The position numbers and the translations under genes were made by a program. Under the pieces are notes generated by a model. That model was not told the origin of the DNA, searched no databases, and worked only from the letters and a program-made list of their open reading frames with translations. This document shows, piece by piece, positions 9,086-16,682 of a stretch of 16,682 nt of DNA. Position 1 is the stretch's first letter. Each line of letters starts with the position of its first letter. Source of the DNA: Pseudobdellovibrionaceae bacterium (GTDB taxonomy: Bacteria; Bdellovibrionota; Bdellovibrionia; Bdellovibrionales; Bdellovibrionaceae); NCBI GenBank assembly GCA_044359815.1, contig JBIKLL010000061.1:1-16682 (forward strand), read 5' to 3'.

Positions 9086-10123
9086 GTCTTCAACACGTTC
9101 GCCAATCCCTATCATTTTAATAGGGAGCTTCAGTTCATTGGCTAATGCCACGGCCACTCCGCCTTTGGAGCTGCCGTCCATTTTGGTTAAAATAATCCCA
9201 CTAAGTCCAATTGCTTGATGAAATTCCTTAGCTTGAATTAAAGCATTCTGACCCGAGTTTGCGTCCAATACGATCCAGGTTTCATGAGGGGAATCGCTAA
9301 TCACCTTACCCATCACCCGCTTAACCTTTTTAAGCTCTTCCATTAAATTAGACTGAGTGTGCAGCCTTCCTGCCGTATCCAGCATAACCACATCAAAACC
9401 CTGAGCCTTGGCTTTTGAAACAGCATCAAAGGCTATGGCACTGGGATCACTGACATTGGGTGGAAAAAATATTTCGACCTGAGCACGTTCAGTCCAAGTT
9501 TTTAATTGGTTCCCAGCAGCCGCCCTGAAGGTATCGCCTGCCGCTACTAAAACTTTTTTTCCCTGCTTTGCAAACAGTGCAGCTAGCTTTCCTATGCTGG
9601 TGGTTTTACCCGCACCGTTCACGCCAACAATCATTATCACCGTGGGTTTTATGTCGCCAAAATCTATGGACACTTTTGAATCTAAAGGGGCAAAGATTTT
9701 TTCAAATTCAGATCGAAAGGCATTTTTGACCAATTCAAAATCTTTTTTTTCAGATCTGGACAACTGATCCTTAACTGCAGCCATCAGTCTTTCGACAGTG
9801 GAAGGACCAATATCACTGGTGTATAAAATCTCTTCTATTTCATCAAAATGCTGGCCTGAACTGCCAGTGAATAGCTCGTTGATTCTGCCAAACAAATGTT
9901 TACTGGTTGATTGCAGGGCTGACTTGAAAGCCGCCTGATTGGAAGTGGTCTCAGTAACTGTAGGCGCCGATTGTGCGGTGTTGGTTTCTGCTGAATTAAT
10001 ATCCGGCAAGGGATTGGCAACGGTGTTTGAAACCCTTGGTTTTTTGCGAAGCAGATAATACCAGGCCGCAATCAGGATCACAGGTCCCGTCACTGCACCC
10101 ACTAATATAAATGGATCAATCAT
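9038..10123 (-). CDS. ftsY: signal recognition particle receptor FtsY
   Basis: GVNGAGKTT, DTFRAAA, DTAGR and TKMD GTPase motifs. Coupled to smc. Confidence 0.97.
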   Translation of the reverse strand: MIDPFILVGAVTGPVILIAAWYYLLRKKPRVSNTVANPLPDINSAETNTAQSAPTVTETTSNQAAFKSALQSTSKHLFGRINELFTGSSGQHFDEIEEILYTSDIGPSTVERLMAAVKDQLSRSEKKDFELVKNAFRSEFEKIFAPLDSKVSIDFGDIKPTVIMIVGVNGAGKTTSIGKLAALFAKQGKKVLVAAGDTFRAAAGNQLKTWTERAQVEIFFPPNVSDPSAIAFDAVSKAKAQGFDVVMLDTAGRLHTQSNLMEELKKVKRVMGKVISDSPHETWIVLDANSGQNALIQAKEFHQAIGLSGIILTKMDGSSKGGVAVALANELKLPIKMIGIGERVEDLKTFASSVYIESIIG

Positions 10124-13100
10124 AGGTCTTGGAGATTTACACTAACCATGGTCGAAACGCCACGTTCTTGCATTGTGACACCGTACAGTTTTCCGGCGAC
10201 TTCCATAGTATGTTTATTATGGGTCACAACAATGATCTGAGATCTTTTGGCCATTTCACGGACTAAGTCATTAAATCTGTACACATTGGCGTCGTCCAAT
10301 GGCGCGTCAACCTCATCCAGTAAGCAATACGGAGATGGCTTAACCAGAAAGATCGAAAACACTAAAGACACTGCAGTTAAAGCTTTTTCACCACCCGACA
10401 GCAATGAAACATTTTGCATTTTTTTGCCCGGAGGTTTTGCGATGATCTCGATACCCATTTCTTGTTTTTCAGGATCCTCGATCAATTGCAATCGGGCTTC
10501 GCCCCCACCAAACAAGACTGGGAAAACCTTGGTGAATCTGTCGTTCACCAAATCAAAAGTTTCTGTAAATCTGCGCGAACAGATTTTGTTGATCCTATCG
10601 ATAACACGGTTTAACTGAGCTTTGGATTCATTCAGATCAGTTTGTTGCTGAGTTAAAAACTCATAACGCTTTTGAGTGTCTTCAAACTCATTGATAGAAG
10701 ACAAATTAACCTCACCCATTCGTCCCAGTTTTTCCTTGAGTTCTTTTAATTGAACTTCGGCAGTTTCCATACTGTGGGGTTTATCCAAATGCTGTTCAAA
10801 GCAAAGTGATAAGTCCAACATATACCGTTCGCGGATCTGATCCAGCAGATTGGTTTCTTTCATTTTAGCTTGTTCAAATTTCAGCTGAGATTCGTTCATC
10901 GTCATCATACGCTGATTGCGCTCTGTTTGCAGTTTCTGCAGCTGGCTGTCCTGGTCCACAACCTGAGCATGCAAAATCTCGTAAGTGTTTTTGCATTCAG
11001 CTAAGCGTTTTTTAGTTTCTTCAACAGACTGAATGGATTTTTCAAATTCTACTTTGCGCTCTTCAAGCTTGTACTGACTGTCTGTTAGGACAATAGAGTA
11101 CTTTTGGGATTCTTCAGAATATTTCGACAACTGACCGTTCAGTTCATCCAGTGAGCGGTTCAATAAATCAAGCTGCCCCTGCATGCCCTGAAGCTCTTGT
11201 TCCTTCTGGGCCAATTGCACACGAAGCTCGTTGGTTTCAGTTTTAGATGATTCAAAAGATAATTTTAAATTTTCCAGATCTTGCTCTAGCGTGACTGTGC
11301 TTTCAGCCAAGGAATTTTTGCGCGCTAAAATCGTCACATGTTCTGACAACAAGGTTTCTTTTTTGGCCGTCAGATTTGCCAGCTGATCCGAAATTTTTTG
11401 CACTTCCAACTGATTGCGGTGCAAAGCATATTCTGCCTGAGAAACTTCGGTTTCGGCCCGTTCTAAATCTTTTCTAAATTCTGTGACTTTGATTTCTTGT
11501 TCTGATTTTCGCTTTTGTGCGCCTTCAAAATCATGGGTGACGTTTGCCAATTGTTCCTCAAGCTTTTTCAGTGCCTGAGAAGCCAAGGCGTGTTTACCAG
11601 CCCATTCTTCTTTTTTCTGCGACAATTCCTTGATTTCGCGACGCCGTTTCAGCAATCCACTTTCAACGTCCTTGGCTGAACCACCTGTCAATATTCCATC
11701 GGCAGTCAGGGCATCGCCTTCTTTTGTAACAAAAGTCCATCCAGGGTATTCAGATCTCAGCCTCAAGGCTGTTCTGATTCCGTCGACCACGGCAACTCGG
11801 CTTAAAACCTTGTCCACCGAAGGTTTAAAATTTTCAGGAGCACTGACCACACTGTGAAGCATTTCAAGCACGCCTTCACCTGATGGGGCATTACCAATTG
11901 CAGGTTCTGAACTGCCATCAATCAAAAATGAGGTCCTACCTGCACTGTTTTGTTTCAGATAATCCACAGCCTGCAAAGTTGCTTCTTGATCCTGCGAAAA
12001 CAGCATTTGCAATCGCACGCCCAAGGCCGCTTCCATTGCTAATTCGTATTCGCTGGGGACCTCAACGACCTCAGCCACTGGGCTGAAATACACTGAACCA
12101 TCAGCTGAAATTTCGGTCTGTTTGGTTTTCTGCCAAAGCATGATGTTTTTCACGCCTTCCTCGAAACCCTCAAAATTTTGCTGCAGATTTTCCAGTCCAT
12201 ACAACCGGCTGGCTGTTTCATTTAGAGCGTCTTTGTATTCGTCGACCTGATTGCGTTTTTCGGAAATTTGTTCGTTTAAAACTTTTTTATTGGCCTCAAA
12301 CGAATCAACGTCACTGGAAAGATCAATTTGCAATTGTCTTTCTTTGTCGTATTCGGTGCCAATTTTTCGACGTCTGGTTTCAAATTCTTCTTTTTTGCTG
12401 GCAAGTTCTGTCGATACTTCTTGCTGCTTCGCCAACTGAGCTGTGGTGTCTTCGATTTGGACTTCCAGCCCCTGAATCTTGGTAGAAACCGTAGCTTCCG
12501 TCTGACCAACGGCGATAAATTCTCGCCTTTGTTGAGTCAGCTCTTGATCCATTTCTTGAATCCTGGCTTCACCCTCGTCAAAAATTGATTTCTTGGTTTC
12601 ATAGGAATTTTGAACCTGATTTTTAACTGTTAAAACATCGCTGTATTCTGTGTTTAACTTTTGGATGTCTTTTTCTAAAATTTCTTTTCGCGCTTGCTGT
12701 TCCGAAATCATCGAGCCCGTCATTTGCTCACTTCTGCGAGCCTGCTCGATTTCCATTTTTAGCTCTTGGATTTCGTATTCTTTTTTCTGTGAGCTGCTTT
12801 GAGCTTCAAAATTCTGAGTTTGCAAAACCTCGATCTGTTTTTCCTGTTCAGTGGCTTGCAACCTCAGTGTCTCGAGCTCTGCGCCAATTTCTGCTAATCG
12901 GGCTTCACTGTCGATTTCAAAAGACTGAGCTTCCTGAAATATTTTTTGAGCTTCTTCAGCGGCTTTTTTCAGATCAACAAACTGATTGCTCGATAACCAC
13001 AAATCTAAATCTTCAATCTGGCGTTTGACCTCTCGGTATCTTTCGGCTTTTTGAGCCTGTCTTTGCAAATAATCAATCTGCCTTTTAAGTTCGCCAACAA

Positions 13101-13689
13101 TGTCTTGAAGCCTTAGCAAGTTGCCTTCAGTGGTTTGCAATTTGCGCTGAGATTCGCGCTTACGCATTTTAAATTTTGTGATTCCAGCGGCTTCCTCGAT
13201 CAAATGTTTTCGATCCTCGGGTTTTGCCGTAATAATCCGGCCAATCATCCCCTGCTGAATAATTGAAAACCCTTTTGCGCCAGCACCGGTATCCATAAAG
13301 ATTTCTTGGATGTCTTTCAGTCTGGCAGGTTCTTTGTTGATATAATATTCAGATTCGCCATCACGGTGTAATTTACGAGTCACCATGATTTCAGAGTGTT
13401 TTAAATACTGAGACGGAAAAGGCCCCCCGTCGTTTTCTAGGGTCAACGACACTTCAGCCATTCCCATTGGGGCATAGCCTTCAGCACCGGCAAAGATCAC
13501 ATCAGTCATAGTAGAAGCTCTGAGATCCTTGGCAGACATGTCCCCCATGACCCACACCAATGCATCAACTATGTTTGATTTTCCACAACCATTTGGTCCA
13601 ACTATACCTGTGATACCAGCATCAAACTGAATGACGGTACGATCTTTAAATGATTTAAATCCGACGAGCTCGATTTTTTTAATTCTCAA
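10120..13689 (-). CDS. smc: chromosome segregation protein SMC
   Basis: Walker A GPNGCGKSN, long coiled coils, hinge, LSGGE signature, LDEVDA Walker B. TTG start with AGGAG RBS. Confidence 0.98.
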   Translation of the reverse strand: MRIKKIELVGFKSFKDRTVIQFDAGITGIVGPNGCGKSNIVDALVWVMGDMSAKDLRASTMTDVIFAGAEGYAPMGMAEVSLTLENDGGPFPSQYLKHSEIMVTRKLHRDGESEYYINKEPARLKDIQEIFMDTGAGAKGFSIIQQGMIGRIITAKPEDRKHLIEEAAGITKFKMRKRESQRKLQTTEGNLLRLQDIVGELKRQIDYLQRQAQKAERYREVKRQIEDLDLWLSSNQFVDLKKAAEEAQKIFQEAQSFEIDSEARLAEIGAELETLRLQATEQEKQIEVLQTQNFEAQSSSQKKEYEIQELKMEIEQARRSEQMTGSMISEQQARKEILEKDIQKLNTEYSDVLTVKNQVQNSYETKKSIFDEGEARIQEMDQELTQQRREFIAVGQTEATVSTKIQGLEVQIEDTTAQLAKQQEVSTELASKKEEFETRRRKIGTEYDKERQLQIDLSSDVDSFEANKKVLNEQISEKRNQVDEYKDALNETASRLYGLENLQQNFEGFEEGVKNIMLWQKTKQTEISADGSVYFSPVAEVVEVPSEYELAMEAALGVRLQMLFSQDQEATLQAVDYLKQNSAGRTSFLIDGSSEPAIGNAPSGEGVLEMLHSVVSAPENFKPSVDKVLSRVAVVDGIRTALRLRSEYPGWTFVTKEGDALTADGILTGGSAKDVESGLLKRRREIKELSQKKEEWAGKHALASQALKKLEEQLANVTHDFEGAQKRKSEQEIKVTEFRKDLERAETEVSQAEYALHRNQLEVQKISDQLANLTAKKETLLSEHVTILARKNSLAESTVTLEQDLENLKLSFESSKTETNELRVQLAQKEQELQGMQGQLDLLNRSLDELNGQLSKYSEESQKYSIVLTDSQYKLEERKVEFEKSIQSVEETKKRLAECKNTYEILHAQVVDQDSQLQKLQTERNQRMMTMNESQLKFEQAKMKETNLLDQIRERYMLDLSLCFEQHLDKPHSMETAEVQLKELKEKLGRMGEVNLSSINEFEDTQKRYEFLTQQQTDLNESKAQLNRVIDRINKICSRRFTETFDLVNDRFTKVFPVLFGGGEARLQLIEDPEKQEMGIEIIAKPPGKKMQNVSLLSGGEKALTAVSLVFSIFLVKPSPYCLLDEVDAPLDDANVYRFNDLVREMAKRSQIIVVTHNKHTMEVAGKLYGVTMQERGVSTMVSVNLQDL

Positions 13690-13825
13690 GGAAAATCTCC
13701 TTAGATTTTCAGGTTGGACAAAGGCCTAGATAGTTTTTACTGTGTCTTGTCTTAAGCCCAGCAGTCAACTGACTTATTGTAAGATGATTTCATTTTAAGC
13801 AGCCCCTTGCTGCGCCGCATTTCGC

Positions 13826-14236
13826 CCCTAATGGCCGCGGTCTACCTCGTTTTTAACAAAATCAGCATCCCTTATTTTATTTTTTTTGGCCACAGACAGT
13901 GTACCAACCTCTGGCATCGAATGATTTAAAACAAATTAGATTTTTATATTTTGAGGGCACGTCGAGCGAGCGCGCGGTGCATATCTCGTGATGCGTAAAT
14001 GCAAAGATAATTTTTTTTACTATTTTTAGACACTCGCTAACGGCCGCGGGCTCATCTCTCGTATTGATTCATTTGGATTAATCAATTTTACGATTAATAA
14101 ATTATCATAAAACTGATTAATCCAAATGACTCAACACCAGATATGCCCCGCGCGCTCGCTGCATGTGTCTAAAAACAGTAAAAACAAATTACCTTTGCAT
14201 TTATGCAATACGAGAGATGAGACCGCGGAAGGTAGG
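13826..14236. repeat. A/B motif repeat element, locus 2, containing a ~255-bp imperfect palindrome (13973-14227)
   Basis: Minus-strand copies: degenerate A 13826-13853, B 13966-13993, A 14036-14066. Plus-strand copies: B 14132-14159, A 14206-14236. Inner stem 14069-14094/14104-14129 is 24/26 complementary. Confidence 0.9.
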
Positions 14237-14240
14237 GAAA

Positions 14241-15548
14241 TTAGTAAAGCTTTACTTCGACCCGACGGTTCTGAGACCGCCCCTGGTAATTGCCATTATC
14301 AGCAATAGGACGAAGCTCACCGTAACCGATGGCTTCCACAGTGACCTTGCCTAGCTTCACATTTTGTCTGATATGGTTTCTGATTGCTTGAGCTCTAAGC
14401 TCACTCAGTTTTTGATTGTACTGATTGGATCCCACTGAATCTGTGTGTCCCTCGATCACGATTTTTTTAACGTCTTTACGACTGCTTAAAATATCTGCCA
14501 AAATTAAATCCAAACGATCCAGGGTATCCTTGGAATTACCCGCCAGCTCAGCAGTTCCAGTGATAAAATTTAAACCTGGTAATTCAATTTCTTCAAACTG
14601 TGGGGCTTGCGCAGGTTTCACCTTTACGAGCTCTGATTGTTTTCGCCACAGAGGACCAAATGTATAGTTGAGGCCCGCATAAATTCTCCAGTCAGGTGAA
14701 GAATTGCCGTGCTCAAGCTCTGTGCCCCCACCTGCGTGAACGGCTAAATTGGTATTAATGTCGTGCTTTACACCGGCGATCAGTTCACGGCTGGATAAAT
14801 CCCTGTCAGTTTGATTGGTACCCGTGCGGGTAGCCGCCGTGCTGGTGAAAATCTCGAAAATCAATTTCGTATCTATATCTGTTAACAAATAACTGGCAGC
14901 CACTGACGCCAAATAAGAATCACCCACAGGGTCAAGGTTTAAACCTGCAATGGGGGCTCCAGGTCTGCGCCATCTGTATCCAGCGTTAGCGCCTAATTGC
15001 CAATTGTTAAAGGTCGTATCATAGACAAATTCCAAGCTGGTTGAGGGACCCGCGCCCGATCCCGCAAAGGGGTTGTTTTGAATTTGGTTAAAATTTTGAG
15101 TTAGGACTGCTGCCCAACCGCCCTTGGAATCACCATAAAATTTATATTTAGTGTTCAATCTGATTTCAGTTAAGCCGTCTGAATAAATTCCTAAATTGTT
15201 TGTATTGTCAGCCTTGCTGCGAATCACATAGGGAAAGCTGATCCCCACATCCCAATTTTTAGCCAAACCCAAACCGAAATTCAGATCAGAGGAAGTCATC
15301 GAATCATTAAATTCTGTTCTGGATTGTGAAACCGAACCTGTAGGGGCCGGAAAATACGGCAATGTGTTCACCGCATGATTTATAAAAATACCTAAATTAA
15401 AAACACCGGGTTCTAGGGTTTCTGAGGATTGAACTGTGACAAAGTCTATACCATTTGTAGTGGGATTAAAATTCTGAGCATCACTGCCGATGACGTTGGC
15501 CTGCGCCTGAGAAATCATCAAAAAAATTAAAACCAAAACTTTGCGCAT
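14241..15548 (-). CDS. OmpA family outer membrane protein
   Basis: Signal peptide, beta-barrel-like N-terminal region, C-terminal peptidoglycan-binding motif EGHTD...NQKLSELRA...NRRVE. Confidence 0.92.
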   Translation of the reverse strand: MRKVLVLIFLMISQAQANVIGSDAQNFNPTTNGIDFVTVQSSETLEPGVFNLGIFINHAVNTLPYFPAPTGSVSQSRTEFNDSMTSSDLNFGLGLAKNWDVGISFPYVIRSKADNTNNLGIYSDGLTEIRLNTKYKFYGDSKGGWAAVLTQNFNQIQNNPFAGSGAGPSTSLEFVYDTTFNNWQLGANAGYRWRRPGAPIAGLNLDPVGDSYLASVAASYLLTDIDTKLIFEIFTSTAATRTGTNQTDRDLSSRELIAGVKHDINTNLAVHAGGGTELEHGNSSPDWRIYAGLNYTFGPLWRKQSELVKVKPAQAPQFEEIELPGLNFITGTAELAGNSKDTLDRLDLILADILSSRKDVKKIVIEGHTDSVGSNQYNQKLSELRAQAIRNHIRQNVKLGKVTVEAIGYGELRPIADNGNYQGRSQNRRVEVKLY

Positions 15549-15568
15549 AATTAATTACAGTCCTATTT

Positions 15569-16387
15569 TTACGGGCAAACAACAGTATTTTGCAGTTTCA
15601 AAATAAAATTTTGCAAATCACCTTTGTTGTTAGCAATCAAATGCACAGTTTCTTTGTCGCTGTCTTCACTGGACCCCACGCCGCTGGTTTTTTTGTCAAT
15701 ACGATTGCCACTGATTCCGGTCACATGAATTTCAATATCATCACCAGACAACGGCCCGATCACGGCTCCGTCAGAATTATCATCGTGGCTTAAAGTCACA
15801 TTAAACAGATTTCCTTTTTGCTCAAAAATATCCAGTTCGTGTTTTGGATCGTCTTTGACCACAAAATGAGCCTGAGTTCCCGCATTTTTAAGCTCAACAC
15901 TCAGTTTTAGATTTTGCCAGTCTCGGTCTGGCGAATTGTCCATGTCGTGGTGGAAAAACAAATACAATCCGTCGCTGGCTTTCACTAAATAGAAAAACAA
16001 AGCGTCGTTTTGAGCTTTGGGTCCAACATGATTATGGGTTGAAGTGCTGTAATAATCATAAGTCTGCACCGCTGTGTCGCGGGATTGATAGACGCCCACA
16101 TTGGCTTTAAAAAACATCTTGTTTTCAGCATTGGGTTGATACAGCTTCCAATCGGTCTGCTGTCTGCATTGCGATGAATCCCTACCTGGTGCTGATTCAT
16201 CTGGCTTGGGGGAACTGCCTTCAGTCGCAGGAGTGACCTGGGCTTCGGCTTTTTCGCCCATATTGAATTCGGAAGCCTTACAACCAATCATGGCTGAAGA
16301 CATCAAACAAAGAGCCAATACAGACAGGGTCATCGAACCGGTTAATCCTGTTTGTTTTTTATCCATCAATTGGAATCCTGATTTCAT
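15569..16387 (-). CDS. hypothetical lipoprotein
   Basis: AGGAG RBS, hydrophobic segment ending in the lipobox-like MIGC, low-complexity linker, beta-rich acidic domain. 20 nt upstream of the OmpA gene, likely co-transcribed. Confidence 0.75.
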   Translation of the reverse strand: MKSGFQLMDKKQTGLTGSMTLSVLALCLMSSAMIGCKASEFNMGEKAEAQVTPATEGSSPKPDESAPGRDSSQCRQQTDWKLYQPNAENKMFFKANVGVYQSRDTAVQTYDYYSTSTHNHVGPKAQNDALFFYLVKASDGLYLFFHHDMDNSPDRDWQNLKLSVELKNAGTQAHFVVKDDPKHELDIFEQKGNLFNVTLSHDDNSDGAVIGPLSGDDIEIHVTGISGNRIDKKTSGVGSSEDSDKETVHLIANNKGDLQNFILKLQNTVVCP

Positions 16388-16581
16388 AAAATTCTCCTAA
16401 CCCTACAATTCACTGCAATTTAAGCGCTAAAATGGAAACTAAAATCCCATCCCTGGGATCTGGTTTTAATGCTTTTAATGGTGATGTAAAAAAAATCGAC
16501 AAGCAAGTAATACAATTTGCCAGTCGCATTTTGGCAGCTGGGTCATGCTGAAAGGTCACGCTGAAAACAGGAGGTGACTTT

Positions 16582-16680
16582 TTAAGGTTTAATTTTTTTG
16601 CAAGAAGCTGCGCCCTTTTTTACCAATAATCCATAGGGCATCCACGGCTTAACATCCAAAGTGCATTTCAGTCCGCTATC
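16582..16680 (-). CDS. 3' end of an unidentified gene entering from the window edge (partial)
   Basis: Open frame DSGLKCTLDVKPWMPYGLLVKKGAASCKKIKP-stop from the edge. Too short to assign. Confidence 0.4.
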   Translation of the reverse strand, partial: DSGLKCTLDVKPWMPYGLLVKKGAASCKKIKP

Positions 16681-16682
16681 GC

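Noticed and set aside
13963..13975. CGAGCGAGCGCGC matches part of the AAV ITR Rep-binding element
   Set aside because: Short, low-complexity GC match with no other viral features. Probably coincidental.
14032..14165. Integron attC site (CGCTAAC resembles the RYYYAAC core)
   Set aside because: The opposite arm has no matching GTTRRRY core, there are no cassette ORFs between motifs, and there is no integrase.
13973..14227. Palindrome as the relocated 6S RNA
   Set aside because: It is longer than typical 6S, lacks the large central bubble, and its motifs recur at another locus in a different arrangement. Not formally excluded without a covariance-model search.
13826..14236. CRISPR array interpretation of the A/B repeats
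   Set aside because: There are two alternating repeat types on both strands, spacers are irregular and partly mutually complementary, and no cas genes are in the window.
14126..14354. ORFs 14126-14308 and 14163-14354 as genes
   Set aside because: They start inside the repeat, lack an RBS, and overlap the OmpA gene antisense.
471..16400. Other short ORFs in the six-frame track nested in or antisense to called genes
   Set aside because: Shadow frames of well-supported genes with no recognisable motifs.

Overview
Bacterial chromosomal segment, probably from a Bdellovibrionota-like predatory lineage. That taxonomy is inferred from gene order, the many secreted hypothetical proteins and sigma-28-type promoters. 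Most genes are on the minus strand: a lipoprotein, an OmpA-family protein, smc-ftsY, a three-gene accessory islet (lysozyme/SLT-like lipoprotein, trypsin-like protease, secreted hypothetical), then zapA, 5-formyl-THF cyclo-ligase, rny, tyrS, a 2Fe-2S ferredoxin, a secreted hypothetical and an alpha/beta hydrolase. The most striking unexplained structure is a non-coding repeat system at two loci about 14 kb apart (21-248 and 13826-14236). It is built from two related, alternating motifs, A (CAATACGAGAGATGAG-NNN-GCGGCCGTTAGC) and B (CAACACCAGATATGC-NNN-GCGCGCTCGC), separated by AT-rich spacers. At the second locus the motifs form a ~255-bp palindrome in which A always faces B. At the first locus they form a 130-bp-period direct repeat. 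Both loci share an identical 17-mer. No cognate transposase, recombinase or Cas gene is in the window.
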